From the NCBI GenBank assembly GCA_041665145.1, contig JBAYJK010000004.1:132434-189719 (forward strand): a stretch of DNA of 57,286 bases, written 5' to 3'. A model generated the notes under the pieces. The model saw nothing but the letters and a program-made list of their open reading frames with translations, did no database searches and was not told the DNA's origin. The translations under genes and the position numbers were made by a program. Source of the stretch: Patescibacteria group bacterium. GTDB taxonomy: Bacteria; Patescibacteriota; Microgenomatia; UBA1406. Positions 36,649-46,713 of this stretch are shown piece after piece (within the stretch, counting starts at the first letter, position 1; each line of letters starts with the position of its first letter).

Positions 36649-36724
36649 AGGATCAGTATATCATACCCACTCTGATGCTTATAAACCCTTGTAAAAACAA
36701 GCGGCATTTAGTATTCTTCATTTC

Positions 36725-37708
36725 ATGAATAAACAAACACCAAATCCCAAACTGGAAGCTGTTGCTCTTGCGATGGATCAGATAAAAAAACAATATGGAA
36801 AAGGAGCGATTATGCGTTTTGGCGAAAAGCCTTTTGAAAAAGTGGAGGTTCTTAAAACCGGGGTCTTTGGATTGGATGTGGGGTTGGGTGTTGGCGGGCT
36901 ACCCCGTGGTAGGGTTGTTGAGATTTTTGGTCCGGAAGCTTCGGGGAAGACCACTATCTGTTTGTCGGTCATTGCTCAGACACAGAAGAATGGTGGAATT
37001 GCTGCCTTTATTGATGCCGAACATGCACTCGATCCCCAATGGGCGCGTATATTGGGTGTAGATCTTGACAATCTTCTCATCTCGCAACCAGACACCGGAG
37101 AGCAGGCCCTAGAGATCGCAGAGACCCTTGTGAGGAGCGGTGGGGTGGATCTCGTGGTTATAGACTCCGTTGCTGCACTTGTCCCCAAATCCGAGATTGA
37201 AGGAGAGATGGGTGATTCCTCTATGGGTGTCCAAGCACGCCTTATGTCACAAGCACTCCGAAAACTCACCGGTATTATGTCGAAATCAAAAACAACTGTA
37301 ATATTTACAAACCAGATACGCCAGAAAATTGGGGTGTTTTTCGGGAACCCCGAGACAACTCCCGGAGGGTTGGCGTTGAAGTTTTATGCTTCGGTCAGAA
37401 TTGATGTTCGCCGCATACAGGTCATTAAAAAGGGAGATGAGGTTGTTGGAACACGTACTAAGATAAAGATTATTAAGAATAAAATGGCCCCTCCTTTTAA
37501 AGAAGCAGAGGTGGTTATCTCGGCGGCTGGAATTGATGAAATGGGCTCCGTGATCGACACAGCGCTTCTAAAAAATATTTTGACAAAAAGCGGATCCTTC
37601 ATAAAATACAAAGATAAAACTTTGGGACAAGGGTACGAAGATACTAAGAAAACATTGTCGGGAGACAAAAAACTCCTACAAGAAATAGAGGCGGCTCTTT
37701 TGGTGTGA
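36725..37708 (+). CDS. recA: recombinase RecA
   Basis: [30 protein letters not shown] and [10 protein letters not shown] motifs. Confidence 0.99.
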   Translation: MNKQTPNPKLEAVALAMDQIKKQYGKGAIMRFGEKPFEKVEVLKTGVFGLDVGLGVGGLPRGRVVEIFGPEASGKTTICLSVIAQTQKNGGIAAFIDAEHALDPQWARILGVDLDNLLISQPDTGEQALEIAETLVRSGGVDLVVIDSVAALVPKSEIEGEMGDSSMGVQARLMSQALRKLTGIMSKSKTTVIFTNQIRQKIGVFFGNPETTPGGLALKFYASVRIDVRRIQVIKKGDEVVGTRTKIKIIKNKMAPPFKEAEVVISAAGIDEMGSVIDTALLKNILTKSGSFIKYKDKTLGQGYEDTKKTLSGDKKLLQEIEAALLV

Positions 37709-38394
37709 GCGGTTTTCTAACCACCTTCTTTTTGCCCCACTTCTGTGTTGGTTGTTTGCGGCCAGGGGTAACCATATGTCAATCATGCCTTGAAAGTTGT
37801 GTCTTGTATTCTCCCCAGCGGTGTGTGGTTTGTGGTAAGCCATCATTTCTCGGCTTTACTCATTATGAATGCAGGAGAAAAACACAAATTAATGGAGTTT
37901 ACTCATTTTTTTATTATCAACCACCCTTGCGACAAGCAATTAAGAATTGCAAGTTTAGGCACAATAAAGAAATTTTAAACGACATATTACACACACTAAC
38001 TCCTCCAGTCCTTTCTCCCCTCTGGGAGCTGAAAAAAATGTACCCAAATCTGATTGCATCCTTTGTTCCCCAAACCAATGATGTCTATAAAAGCCGGGGC
38101 TTCAATCAATCGTATGTGATTGCCACATATCTTTCTCGGGCTCTTAAAATTCCACTTTATGATTTGTTCAAAAAAGTAAGTCGCACAAAACACCAATCGC
38201 AACTGACCAGAGAAGAGCGAAAAAATAACTTGGGAGGCGCCTTCAGGTTTACGGTAGGAAAGTCCCCAAAAAACATTTTATTGGTCGATGACATTATTAC
38301 AACAGCGACGACTGTAGATACATTGGCGGGATTGGTGAAAACAACAAACCCTCAAAACCGTCTCCACGCCGTTTCGATTATGAGAGCACGGTAA
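37705..38394 (+). CDS. comF: ComF-family PRTase-like competence protein
   Basis: Double Zn ribbon (CVGC, CQSC, CVVC), RGFNQS and [12 protein letters not shown] motifs. GTGA overlap with recA. Confidence 0.88.
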   Translation: MSGFLTTFFLPHFCVGCLRPGVTICQSCLESCVLYSPQRCVVCGKPSFLGFTHYECRRKTQINGVYSFFYYQPPLRQAIKNCKFRHNKEILNDILHTLTPPVLSPLWELKKMYPNLIASFVPQTNDVYKSRGFNQSYVIATYLSRALKIPLYDLFKKVSRTKHQSQLTREERKNNLGGAFRFTVGKSPKNILLVDDIITTATTVDTLAGLVKTTNPQNRLHAVSIMRAR

Positions 38395-39243
38395 TCAGAA
38401 GGGGAGTTCAATATATTTACGGATACTTTTGGCCGTTTGCGAAATACTCTGAAGAAGTTTGTTGTTTTTTTCGCTTCTTGATCCATTACCGTCAAAGACA
38501 TGACCGCCCATCGGGTATTTAAACAGGTCTTTCTTGATAGGCTCCCCCATAAGCGTATAGATACCCGCTATTGTATATTGGCGCAAAAACTCAAGATATC
38601 CAATTTTTTCGGGTCTCCTGAACGAAGGGTAGAGATAGATGTCCTTAAAAACTTTCAGTATCACTCCTATTTTTCTCGCCCGTTGAATCAGGTCGTGATC
38701 CTCGGCAAGCTTCAGGGTTGTGTCGAATTTCCCTATGCGGGCAAACAACATCTTTTCAATAATAATATTGAAACCGGGGGCAAACGGCTTTCCAAGAATA
38801 TTCAACACATCAATCATAAAATTTGTAAGTTCCATAAGGATGATCTGTGTTTGTTGGTTTTCTTTTGCAACAAGACTTGTTGTAGCGAGAAGAACTTTGG
38901 TTTTCTCGAGATTTGAATGTAGCTTGCGCAGGAACCCTTGTGGCAGTTGATCGTCAGCATCAAAAAAAACCAAATACTGTCCACGCGCTTTCTCTGAACC
39001 GAAGTTTCTTTGTGAAGCAACATTCTTGGCATTATGAATATAAAAATACAATTCCATTTTACCCCGCTTCTGATACTTGTTTACCTCAGTCTTTGTATTG
39101 TCAGTTGAGTTTCCGTCAACAACAATCACCTCGTACTGTTTGAACGACTGTTTTTCAATGTCCCCCAAAAGCTTAGGAAGGTCCCGCTCTTCATTTAATG
39201 CAGGAATTATAATTGAAAAAAATGGGTTAGTTGTATGTTCCAT
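38395..39243 (-). CDS. glycosyltransferase family 2
   Basis: IIIPALNEE, VVDGNSTD, FFDAD and AEDHDL motifs. Start moved to ATG 39243. Confidence 0.92.
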   Translation of the reverse strand: MEHTTNPFFSIIIPALNEERDLPKLLGDIEKQSFKQYEVIVVDGNSTDNTKTEVNKYQKRGKMELYFYIHNAKNVASQRNFGSEKARGQYLVFFDADDQLPQGFLRKLHSNLEKTKVLLATTSLVAKENQQTQIILMELTNFMIDVLNILGKPFAPGFNIIIEKMLFARIGKFDTTLKLAEDHDLIQRARKIGVILKVFKDIYLYPSFRRPEKIGYLEFLRQYTIAGIYTLMGEPIKKDLFKYPMGGHVFDGNGSRSEKNNKLLQSISQTAKSIRKYIELPF

Positions 39244-39276
39244 ACTTTGTATGTGCAAATATTTTATACTATTTCT

Positions 39277-39447
39277 GTGATAAAGAAAGTTATTGGAATT
39301 ATACTACTAACGTGTGGAATTGGCCTGGCTCTGTATGTTATATACGTACGCGTTACCGATACCCAACCGGAATTATCGCCGATTCCCAATAATGATAATG
39401 TACGAATAATCATTCTCAGCCCGGGTGTAACTCAAAAAGCCCAATAA
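39277..39447 (+). CDS. small single-TM protein (LSPIP motif)
   Basis: GTG start 6 nt after TATACT, followed by an N-terminal TM. Confidence 0.55.
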   Translation: MIKKVIGIILLTCGIGLALYVIYVRVTDTQPELSPIPNNDNVRIIILSPGVTQKAQ

Positions 39448-39456
39448 ATCAACAGA

Positions 39457-39756
39457 TTACTGGGGAATGGTAAATGTTGTTAAGTTTATTCCTAAAACAC
39501 CACCAACAATACGCAGTATCACGAAAGACGAGCTGATAATGGCAAGTCCCAAGAGAGCGGAGAAGAAAACTCCTTTTGCTTTTTTCAACCTCGCCGGATC
39601 GTCGCCTGCCAATAACCACTGGAGGGATCCGTAGAAGAAAAGATACACAAGCAAAAGGAAAATGATACCACCGAGTGCCATAAGAATGTTTTGAAACAGA
39701 ATCTCTCCGCACGCCAACGTAGGAACCCCATCAATAAGACAACTATTCCATGACAT
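39457..39756 (-). CDS. VirB2/TrbC-like pilin
   Basis: TM-(GSLQWLLAGDDPARLKKAK)-TM hairpin. Confidence 0.8.
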   Translation of the reverse strand: MSWNSCLIDGVPTLACGEILFQNILMALGGIIFLLLVYLFFYGSLQWLLAGDDPARLKKAKGVFFSALLGLAIISSSFVILRIVGGVLGINLTTFTIPQ

Positions 39757-39796
39757 GTGTTTTACTATCTCAAAAATCTTTTAATCGTACCCTTAC

Positions 39797-40141
39797 TTAG
39801 TTGGCATTACCAAAGCGGGGGATGTTGAGCTGTCTGGTGAATCCGAGACCAAAGCTAAAGATTTGTTCGATGGCAATGATGATTGCAACCGTCGCAAACA
39901 AAATGACAAAGCCGATTAATGCATTGGTAATTCTGTTACGTGCTTTTGCAACTTTTTCTTTATCTCCGGTTGACTGGATCCATTCAAAACCACCGTAAAG
40001 CAGATTATAAACTACCATTAAACCCGCCCCGATAAAAAACAAGCGGATGATCCAACCCAATATGTCCATTAAATTCAAATTTCCGGCAAGAAAATCCGGC
40101 CGCGTAATGTTCCCTGTAAGTTGTGCTAAAACAGTACTCAT
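39797..40141 (-). CDS. VirB2/TrbC-like pilin
   Basis: GGFEWIQSTGDKEKVAKARNRITNALIG loop between two TMs. Confidence 0.85.
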   Translation of the reverse strand: MSTVLAQLTGNITRPDFLAGNLNLMDILGWIIRLFFIGAGLMVVYNLLYGGFEWIQSTGDKEKVAKARNRITNALIGFVILFATVAIIIAIEQIFSFGLGFTRQLNIPRFGNAN

Positions 40142-40193
40142 TTATTATTTTAAAAACTACTAATAACAGACCTGAATTCAGTATAGTGGGTTG

Positions 40194-41912
40194 CTAGAAA
40201 TTGTCAAGAGCATATATGCCGTTCTTGTACAGGAACAAAATCTTATCGTCATTATATACACCGAACATTCGAACATCCTTCAACTTGGGATTGAATATTG
40301 ATTTTTTCACCGCACCGGTTTTATCTATTGCCACTATTCGTGATTCTCGAGGACTCAAGCCGTAAAGATACTCGGTGCCGTTCTTATTAAGGAACGTAAG
40401 GTTTGGTACGACTGTTGTCGGGGTGATGGAAAACGCCTCTTTTGCACCGCCGGTGTATTTGAGAATGTTGTTTCCCGTCAGAATATATACTGAGAAGTCA
40501 ATGGTGAACGATTTTGCATCCGAGAGATTTATACTGCTCCCCGATTGAAAATAACTTGTCGCGTCACTGTACCCGTTTTCTATAGGGATGTATTTGAAAA
40601 TCTCATCTTTTGCCGTATCAAGGAGATATATATTGCTGTTAAATAATTGCAGATCAATAACCGAACCCCACAGTTTATCTGCCGGCACAATAATGGTGGC
40701 TTTATCCGGTGTTACCCGATAGATGCCTTTTTGCTTGTTGAACGCATATGCGGTATTGTCACTACAGCCAATCAGTTGTGACTCTTTCGCGTTAGCGAAG
40801 GGGTAGCTGTCTTGCGCTTTTGATTCGACATCGACGACATAAATACGATTATTTGTCCGGTCGATCATACAAACAGAGTTTTTGGATGCCGATATCTGAT
40901 CAGCGCGTGCACCAGCTCCAATGAGTCGAAGATCAAAGAACAGACTGTCTGTGCTTACGTGTGTGTCGCCCAGCATGGTATTCAGGTTAGAAACTTGTTT
41001 GGCAAGCGGTTCGAGTGTTGTCTTTTTTTCGGGGTACTCCTGAATAAGTTTTTGTATGGCGGAACGCAATGTGGAAACTTTGGTTGCCCCTGTCGGATCG
41101 GCAAAAAGATTTTTTCTCAGCCGTTCCACTTCTGGTTGAATTATAGAAAGTTCTTTACTAAACTCTGCTTCGTGTTGGCTTCTGACCGTCTCCTGAATTG
41201 TGGTAAATATCTTCCAGCCAACTATAAAAACTACGCATATTAACAGTATCCACCGTGCCTTTTTAAACAGGTCTGCAACCGATCGTTTTGACTCCGGTTC
41301 GGCGATGTGTAGATTGACTGTTTCCCGCGGGGCGGGAGTATTGGTGGTGTCGGTTATCGAAACCGAGACCGGTGCTTTTTCGATGGAGACTACAAGACAG
41401 GCTGCGGGAATGTTTTTGTTGGAAACCATAGAATCCGAAATGAAGTCGGTTATTTTTTTTGGCTCTTGACCAGGCGGAATCGTATGCACATCAAACTGGG
41501 TGAGGAAAGAATCGGTGCTGAGTAAAAACAAATCTCCAGACTCGGTGTTTCCTGATGCCTGCTGCGTACCTTGGGACACAGAATACCACTCGGTGTTCCG
41601 TTGCAACTCAATTCCTCCATGGTGCGACACTGCAAACAAGGTGTCCCCACCAACATATAAAGCGGCGAGCGAACTGACCGAGTGTTGGGAAACAAAGTCC
41701 TGCAGATACGAGCTGAACGCATGAAGTGAGACAAACTTTTGAGAATGCACCTGTTGATGCAGTGTCTCAAGAGTTTCGCGTAGAGCCGTCTCGCTGCCAC
41801 CTGCTTCATGGTCAATCTCAACAACGCACACAAAAGAACTCTCCACATCAAACCCGACACTTTTTGTTTCCGTATTTTTTCCGAGGTAAACAGAAAACTT
41901 TTTTTCAATCAT
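40194..41912 (-). CDS. bitopic protein: degenerate PP2C-like N-domain, TM, helical stalk, beta-propeller-like C-domain
   Basis: GDLFLLSTDSF resembles a PP2C motif. C-terminal repeats YLLDT/IYILT resemble propeller blades. Confidence 0.7.
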   Translation of the reverse strand: MIEKKFSVYLGKNTETKSVGFDVESSFVCVVEIDHEAGGSETALRETLETLHQQVHSQKFVSLHAFSSYLQDFVSQHSVSSLAALYVGGDTLFAVSHHGGIELQRNTEWYSVSQGTQQASGNTESGDLFLLSTDSFLTQFDVHTIPPGQEPKKITDFISDSMVSNKNIPAACLVVSIEKAPVSVSITDTTNTPAPRETVNLHIAEPESKRSVADLFKKARWILLICVVFIVGWKIFTTIQETVRSQHEAEFSKELSIIQPEVERLRKNLFADPTGATKVSTLRSAIQKLIQEYPEKKTTLEPLAKQVSNLNTMLGDTHVSTDSLFFDLRLIGAGARADQISASKNSVCMIDRTNNRIYVVDVESKAQDSYPFANAKESQLIGCSDNTAYAFNKQKGIYRVTPDKATIIVPADKLWGSVIDLQLFNSNIYLLDTAKDEIFKYIPIENGYSDATSYFQSGSSINLSDAKSFTIDFSVYILTGNNILKYTGGAKEAFSITPTTVVPNLTFLNKNGTEYLYGLSPRESRIVAIDKTGAVKKSIFNPKLKDVRMFGVYNDDKILFLYKNGIYALDNF

Positions 41913-41914
41913 TT

Positions 41915-42172
41915 TTACAATAAGAACAACGCATATAACAATAACACAAATCCTATAACGAGCTGAAGGTAGCCTGCCGCAAAAAACACATAGTTCTGCT
42001 CATCTTTATAATTATGGTTAAGTTTGCGCAATTCCTGATAAAACACCATAGCCCACACGTTATACAGAATTATAGTAATAATCCCCACAATTTTAAAACC
42101 AGTATCGAGGATATTTATACCCTGAATCGCTGAAATAAGTATCAGAAACGGTGCGAACAGATTATTATCCAT
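41915..42172 (-). CDS. small membrane protein (DUF5657-like)
   Basis: 85 aa, 2-3 TM. Start moved to ATG 42172. Confidence 0.6.
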   Translation of the reverse strand: MDNNLFAPFLILISAIQGINILDTGFKIVGIITIILYNVWAMVFYQELRKLNHNYKDEQNYVFFAAGYLQLVIGFVLLLYALFLL

Positions 42173-42713
42173 GACGATGTTGTTGTTGCATGAGGTTGTT
42201 GATAACTTGAACAACCCTGCTCGGAAACGGAACATTCAAAAACTCTATGTTCGGTTCTTCTCCCGCGGTTTGGACAAAAACATTACCATAATTAAACAAG
42301 GCACTGAAAAACCCGAGATTTTTGTTGTTTACTTCTTCAATCCGAGAAATAAGTGTTTGAGTGGTTTGGTTGTTGAGAATATTTATCACATCCACGTCAA
42401 TGATTTTTTTCGATGTAATAATCCCCAGGTTGAAGTACCAAGAGAAGAGATTCGCGAGTGCGAACAGGAAAAAGAAAGCATACCAAACAAGGACAAGAAA
42501 AGTGATTTGCATTCCCGAGAAAGGCAAGAGGTTGACAAGTGAGCCAAAAATGACTGGAATTATCAGGCCGACTAAAGTAATGATAAACCACACGAGATTT
42601 GTGATGGGATGCGCGCGTAGTGTTAAAACAACATTTTCATCCCCATCTTGCGTAGAGAATCGCATTGGCGGGTACTCGCAATATGAATGTAGTAATCGGT
42701 GTGAAGACGGCAT
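42165..42713 (-). CDS. membrane protein with bacterial PH-like domain
   Basis: LTLRAHP, two TM, IITSKKIID and FNYGNVFVQTAG motifs. Confidence 0.8.
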   Translation of the reverse strand: MPSSHRLLHSYCEYPPMRFSTQDGDENVVLTLRAHPITNLVWFIITLVGLIIPVIFGSLVNLLPFSGMQITFLVLVWYAFFFLFALANLFSWYFNLGIITSKKIIDVDVINILNNQTTQTLISRIEEVNNKNLGFFSALFNYGNVFVQTAGEEPNIEFLNVPFPSRVVQVINNLMQQQHRHG

Positions 42714-42743
42714 ACTGAATTATTGTATCACGCTTTTAAAGAA

Positions 42744-42772
42744 TTGACACCAGAGCCCCCATGGCTTACAAT
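42744..42772 (+). promoter_or_regulatory. sigma70 promoter of rny
   Basis: TTGACA-N17-TACAAT, giving a predicted start near 42779 and a leader of about 158 nt. Confidence 0.8.
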
Positions 42773-42775
42773 GTA

Positions 42776-42920
42776 GTCACCAATTACCAGTTATGGTGAA
42801 TGAATGAAATTACCAGTCACGACATATAAGCAGCACAAAACCAGTAACGAACATCGCTTTCAAGTTTCTTTAAGCATGTCCGGCGCTGGTTGGTGATGGT
42901 AATGGCTCTTTTCACCAAAA
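42776..42920 (+). ncRNA. candidate structured leader/ncRNA upstream of rny
   Basis: GTCACCAA/TTGGTGAT and CCAGT/GCTGG end pairing, plus alternative hairpins using the same segments. Confidence 0.35.
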
Positions 42921-42936
42921 AACAGAGGACCGAATC

Positions 42937-44397
42937 ATGTTTAAACAATTACTAAACACTCTTTTCCCCCATTTAACGCAAGAACAGGAAAAGATTCTTA
43001 ATGATGCACAAGGTAGGGCACAAGAGATTATTTTACAAAGCAAAGAGGAAAGTCTGCGGATAAAGCAAAAAGCAGAAGAGGAAGTGATGAAGCTTACCGC
43101 TCAAATAACCGGAATTGAAAAAAATATCGCCCGCGAAGAAAGCAAGCTGGAGCAAGAGAAGCACGAATTAAACAGCCACAAAGCACAGCTCGATCGAGGC
43201 TGGCAAGATCTTGAGCGTGAAAAAAAGAGGATTGAGGAACGCAAGCTTGAGCTAATGCAAAAATTTGAGAAGCTTGCCAAGATGAGTCCGGACGAAGCAC
43301 GGACAAACTTGCTTTCCTACTGGGAACAGAAGTTAAAAACAGATATTGTTAAGTCGGTTCGGGAAGCGGACGAACAGATTAAGCGCCAAACAGAAGAACG
43401 GGCAAAAGAAATCCTCGTTGACTCCATGAGGTACGGTGTCACTGATTATGTCGTTGAATATACCTTATCCACCGTTGCGCTTCCGAGCGAAGATTTTAAA
43501 GGAAGAATCATTGGTAAGGAGGGACGAAATATCCGGGCGTTTGAACTTGCAACAGGAGTTGAAGTGGATCTTGACGAGGAAGGGATGGTTAAGTTGTCTT
43601 CATTCGATCCGATCAAGCGTGAAATTGCCCGTGTTGTATTAGAGCACCTCATTAAAGACGGGAGGGTTCAGCCGGCGCGCATAGAGGAAATGGTTAAAAA
43701 AACCAAGGAAGAAATCAGAAAAATTATTTTCAAAGAAGGTGAAAAGCTTTGTTACGATCTCGGGGTCTACAACCTTCCCCAGGAGCTTATCGAACTTCTC
43801 GGGCGGTTTAAATACAGATTCTCGTACGGCCAGAACATGATCCAGCACACCATGGAAGAGACAAAGATTGGTGTTGCGCTTGCGCATGAGTTGGGTGCAG
43901 ACATTAATATTGTCCGACTTGCGTGTTTGCTTCATGATATAGGTAAAGTTATTACGGATAAAGAAGGTTCGCATATCCAACTTGGTGTGGATTTGCTGAA
44001 ACGGCATCACTTCCCGCAGAAGGTGGTTGATGCAGTCGCTTCTCATCATGAGGATAAAGAATTTACGTCCGTCGAGGCAATTATTGTTTATCTTGCTGAT
44101 GCCATATCCGGTGGTCGTCCCGGTGCCCGTCGGGAGGATGTTACGAGTTATATCACACGCATGAAGTCTATAGAGGACTTTATTAAAGTAAGAGAAGGAG
44201 TTGAAGAAGTTTCCGTCTTGCAAGCAGGTCGTGAAATACGCGTTATCATCAACCCATCGAAACTTGATGACGAACAAACTGTAATAATGTGTTCAAAGCT
44301 GAAAGACGAAATTGAGAAAAGTTTTTCGGCAATTCCAGGACAAATCAAGATTACCGCTATCCGCGAGTTCCGGACGACGGTAGCAACCCGATCTTGA
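42937..44397 (+). CDS. rny: ribonuclease Y
   Basis: Coiled coil, KH domain (KGRIIGKEGRNIR), HD domain (LLHDIGK) and ADAISGGRPGAR. Confidence 0.97.
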   Translation: MFKQLLNTLFPHLTQEQEKILNDAQGRAQEIILQSKEESLRIKQKAEEEVMKLTAQITGIEKNIAREESKLEQEKHELNSHKAQLDRGWQDLEREKKRIEERKLELMQKFEKLAKMSPDEARTNLLSYWEQKLKTDIVKSVREADEQIKRQTEERAKEILVDSMRYGVTDYVVEYTLSTVALPSEDFKGRIIGKEGRNIRAFELATGVEVDLDEEGMVKLSSFDPIKREIARVVLEHLIKDGRVQPARIEEMVKKTKEEIRKIIFKEGEKLCYDLGVYNLPQELIELLGRFKYRFSYGQNMIQHTMEETKIGVALAHELGADINIVRLACLLHDIGKVITDKEGSHIQLGVDLLKRHHFPQKVVDAVASHHEDKEFTSVEAIIVYLADAISGGRPGARREDVTSYITRMKSIEDFIKVREGVEEVSVLQAGREIRVIINPSKLDDEQTVIMCSKLKDEIEKSFSAIPGQIKITAIREFRTTVATRS

Positions 44398-44432
44398 TAT
44401 ACATTGCTACAATAAGATATTTTAAATACGGC

Positions 44433-44460
44433 TTGACAGAAAACGACAAACTTCTATAAT
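44433..44460 (+). promoter_or_regulatory. consensus sigma70 promoter of hup
   Basis: TTGACA-N16-TATAAT, with SD AAGGGGATGA before the start. Confidence 0.85.
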
Positions 44461-44486
44461 GACCCCCAGAAAGGGGATGAAAAAGA

Positions 44487-44759
44487 ATGACAAAGCAAGA
44501 CCTCGTTGCTCAAGTAGCAAAACAAGCAAATCTTTCCATGCGCGCTGCTAAGACTGCAGTTGACTCAGTTTTTTCTACCGTCGCCTCTTCAATGAAGCGT
44601 GGTGAAAAAGTCGTTGTCACCGGTTTCGGTACGTTCATGGTCAGAAAACGTGCAGCCAGAAAAGGACGCAATCCTCAAACTGGTGCAGAAATCCAGATCC
44701 CTGCAAGCAAAACTCCAGGCTTCACCGCCGGAAAGAGCTTAAAGAGAATGGTTAAATAA
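44487..44759 (+). CDS. hup: DNA-binding protein HU
   Basis: GFGTF...[12 protein letters not shown]...IPA signature. Confidence 0.98.
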   Translation: MTKQDLVAQVAKQANLSMRAAKTAVDSVFSTVASSMKRGEKVVVTGFGTFMVRKRAARKGRNPQTGAEIQIPASKTPGFTAGKSLKRMVK

Positions 44760-44771
44760 TTACGTGAAAAT

Positions 44772-44820
44772 AAGTCCCGCTCTTTCTCAAAAAAGTTCGT
44801 GAGAAAGGGCGGGATTTTGT
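44772..44820 (+). terminator. intrinsic terminator after hup
   Basis: TCCCGCTCTTTCTCA / TGAGAAAGGGCGGGA 15-bp stem followed by TTTTGT. Confidence 0.8.
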
Positions 44821-44892
44821 GTTGCAACGATGAAAATATGTGTTATACTTAGAAAATCTTTGAATAATCAAAGAGAGGAGAACACATGACCA

Positions 44893-45987
44893 ATGGTAGT
44901 TTCGAAAAAAAACGCATCTAACCCACAGACAACATTTCCAAGCTCAATGGATGAGCTTCTGAAACTCGCAGTTTCACTTCCTAGGCTGAAGCGCGGTGAT
45001 ATTGTGCAAGGTACGATTGTCACAATTTCACGCAAGGAGGCATTTTTTGATATCGGCTGGAAGACAAACGCAATACTTATTCAACCGGAAACGAAAGAAT
45101 TGACTACTTTTTTGCCGTATCTGAAGCCGGGACTTAAAATCGACGTTCGTGTCGTAAATACAGAGGCAAAAGCAGGTTTCCCGGTTGTTTCGTTACAAAG
45201 CTTCTTTGAAAAAGGTAAATGGGATATTCTCAAAGAAAAATTTGATAAAGAAGAAGGAGTTGAGGTAAATGTTATCGGCAGTGGTAAGGGAGGTTTGTTT
45301 ATTGAAGTAATGGGAATCAGGGGTGTTATTCCGAAGATTCAACTTACTCAGAATTTTATTCAGAACCCGCAACAACTGTTTAACAACAAGATCAAAGTAA
45401 AGATTCTTGAGGTTGATAGGGAAAAAAACCGCCTCGTCGTATCACAGAAAGCAGCAGCGCTTGGAATTACGCAATCAAAACTTACCGAATCATTCGACAA
45501 AATTAAAGAGGGTGATGTGTATGATTGTAAGGTGATTGGTTTCTCGAACTTCGGTATTTTCTGTGAAGTTGAAGGAGTAGAGGGGCTTATTCACATCTCC
45601 GAAATCTCATGGAAGAAAGTGAGTGAACCCCGCGAGTATGCAAAAGAAGGGGAAGTATTGAAAGCAATGGTATTGCAGAAGAATACCCGTGACTATAAAT
45701 TGACATTGTCATTGAAGCGTTTACAGAATGATCCGTGGAACAATATCGAAGAGAAATATCCGAAAGACAAAGAAATAAAGGGAACGGTTATCCGCAAAGA
45801 ACCCTATGGCTACTTTATCAGTCTGGAGCCGGGTATTGAAGGACTCATCCACAATTCCAAGATAACTCCCGAGACAAAGATCGAAGTAGGTAAGCGGGTT
45901 GTCGCATATGTTGAGCGCATAGATAAACAACACAGAAAAATGAGTCTTGTTCCAGCAACAACCGAAAAACCACTTTTGTACAGATAA
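44893..45987 (+). CDS. rpsA: ribosomal protein bS1 (short, about 4 S1 domains)
   Basis: GDIVQGTI, FGIFCEV-EGLIHISEISW and EGLIHNS repeats. Confidence 0.88.
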   Translation: MVVSKKNASNPQTTFPSSMDELLKLAVSLPRLKRGDIVQGTIVTISRKEAFFDIGWKTNAILIQPETKELTTFLPYLKPGLKIDVRVVNTEAKAGFPVVSLQSFFEKGKWDILKEKFDKEEGVEVNVIGSGKGGLFIEVMGIRGVIPKIQLTQNFIQNPQQLFNNKIKVKILEVDREKNRLVVSQKAAALGITQSKLTESFDKIKEGDVYDCKVIGFSNFGIFCEVEGVEGLIHISEISWKKVSEPREYAKEGEVLKAMVLQKNTRDYKLTLSLKRLQNDPWNNIEEKYPKDKEIKGTVIRKEPYGYFISLEPGIEGLIHNSKITPETKIEVGKRVVAYVERIDKQHRKMSLVPATTEKPLLYR

Positions 45988-46059
45988 CTAAGTCTTCCGT
46001 TTATGTCCTTCCTGAGGCAATTTGACAATACCAGATCTTTATATTAGAGTGATATCACT

Positions 46060-46356
46060 ATGTTGAATCTTCTCGCTCAGATTGATATCGGCAATTCCAA
46101 TATTTTTGCTCCGGCTGCACGGTTTAACTCACTCGGGTCAACAGCAACCACGGTTGGAAAGGCAGTCGCGCTTGCCGGCGGATTGTCGGTTTTTGCCGGA
46201 TTCGTCTACGCCGCCTATCTGTACTTGACGGCAAACGGCGAAGCTAAGAAAATACAAGAGGCACAACAGATTCTTACCTACGGGATAATAGGACTTGTGC
46301 TCATTGGTGCTGCTTTTTGGATAATGCAGATTATAGGTAAACTTATTAATTATTAA
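46060..46356 (+). CDS. VirB2/TrbC-like pilin
   Basis: AAYLYLTANGEAKKIQEAQQILTYGIIG loop between TMs. Confidence 0.82.
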   Translation: MLNLLAQIDIGNSNIFAPAARFNSLGSTATTVGKAVALAGGLSVFAGFVYAAYLYLTANGEAKKIQEAQQILTYGIIGLVLIGAAFWIMQIIGKLINY

Positions 46357-46359
46357 ACT

Positions 46360-46713
46360 ATGATAAAGCTACTCGCAGACAACGCATGGATTGGGAATAT
46401 ACAACCGCCTATCGGCAGCGGAAATTACGATACCGCACTTCTCCCGTTTATTAACAATTTGTTTAAGCTTGTTTTTGTCGGTTTTGGACTATATGCACTC
46501 GTTAATTTTGTGCTTGCCGCGTTTAATTATATTAACGCCGGAGGCGAAGCTAAGAATATTGAAAAAGCAAAAAAAATGATATCCCAAAGTGTTGTCGGAC
46601 TTTTACTGCTTTCAGTTTCGTTTATTTTTGCCGGCGTTATTGGGGCAGTTTTTTTCGGCAACTGGAATTTTATCCTCGATCCCGTTGCACAAATTAATAA
46701 TATTCATCCATGA
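46360..46713 (+). CDS. VirB2/TrbC-like pilin
   Basis: AAFNYINAGGEAKNIEKAKKMISQSVVG. Confidence 0.85.
   Translation: MIKLLADNAWIGNIQPPIGSGNYDTALLPFINNLFKLVFVGFGLYALVNFVLAAFNYINAGGEAKNIEKAKKMISQSVVGLLLLSVSFIFAGVIGAVFFGNWNFILDPVAQINNIHP

Noticed and set aside
42811-42836. TACCAGTCACG...AAGCAGCA resembling the SRP RNA helix 8 motif
   Set aside because: No GNRA-capped stem can form between the two halves. Probably chance.
42752-42909. Full 6S-like closing stem beginning AGAGCC/GGCTCT
   Set aside because: AGAGCC lies inside the -35/-10 spacer of the strong promoter and would not be transcribed. No clear 6S central-bubble consensus was seen. Kept only as a candidate leader RNA.
8357-44486. Out-of-frame ATGs immediately after the SDs of the RRM gene and hup
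   Set aside because: They are part of the extended SD (GGAGATGA, GGGGATGA mimic GGAGGTGA) with zero spacing, so they are unlikely starts.
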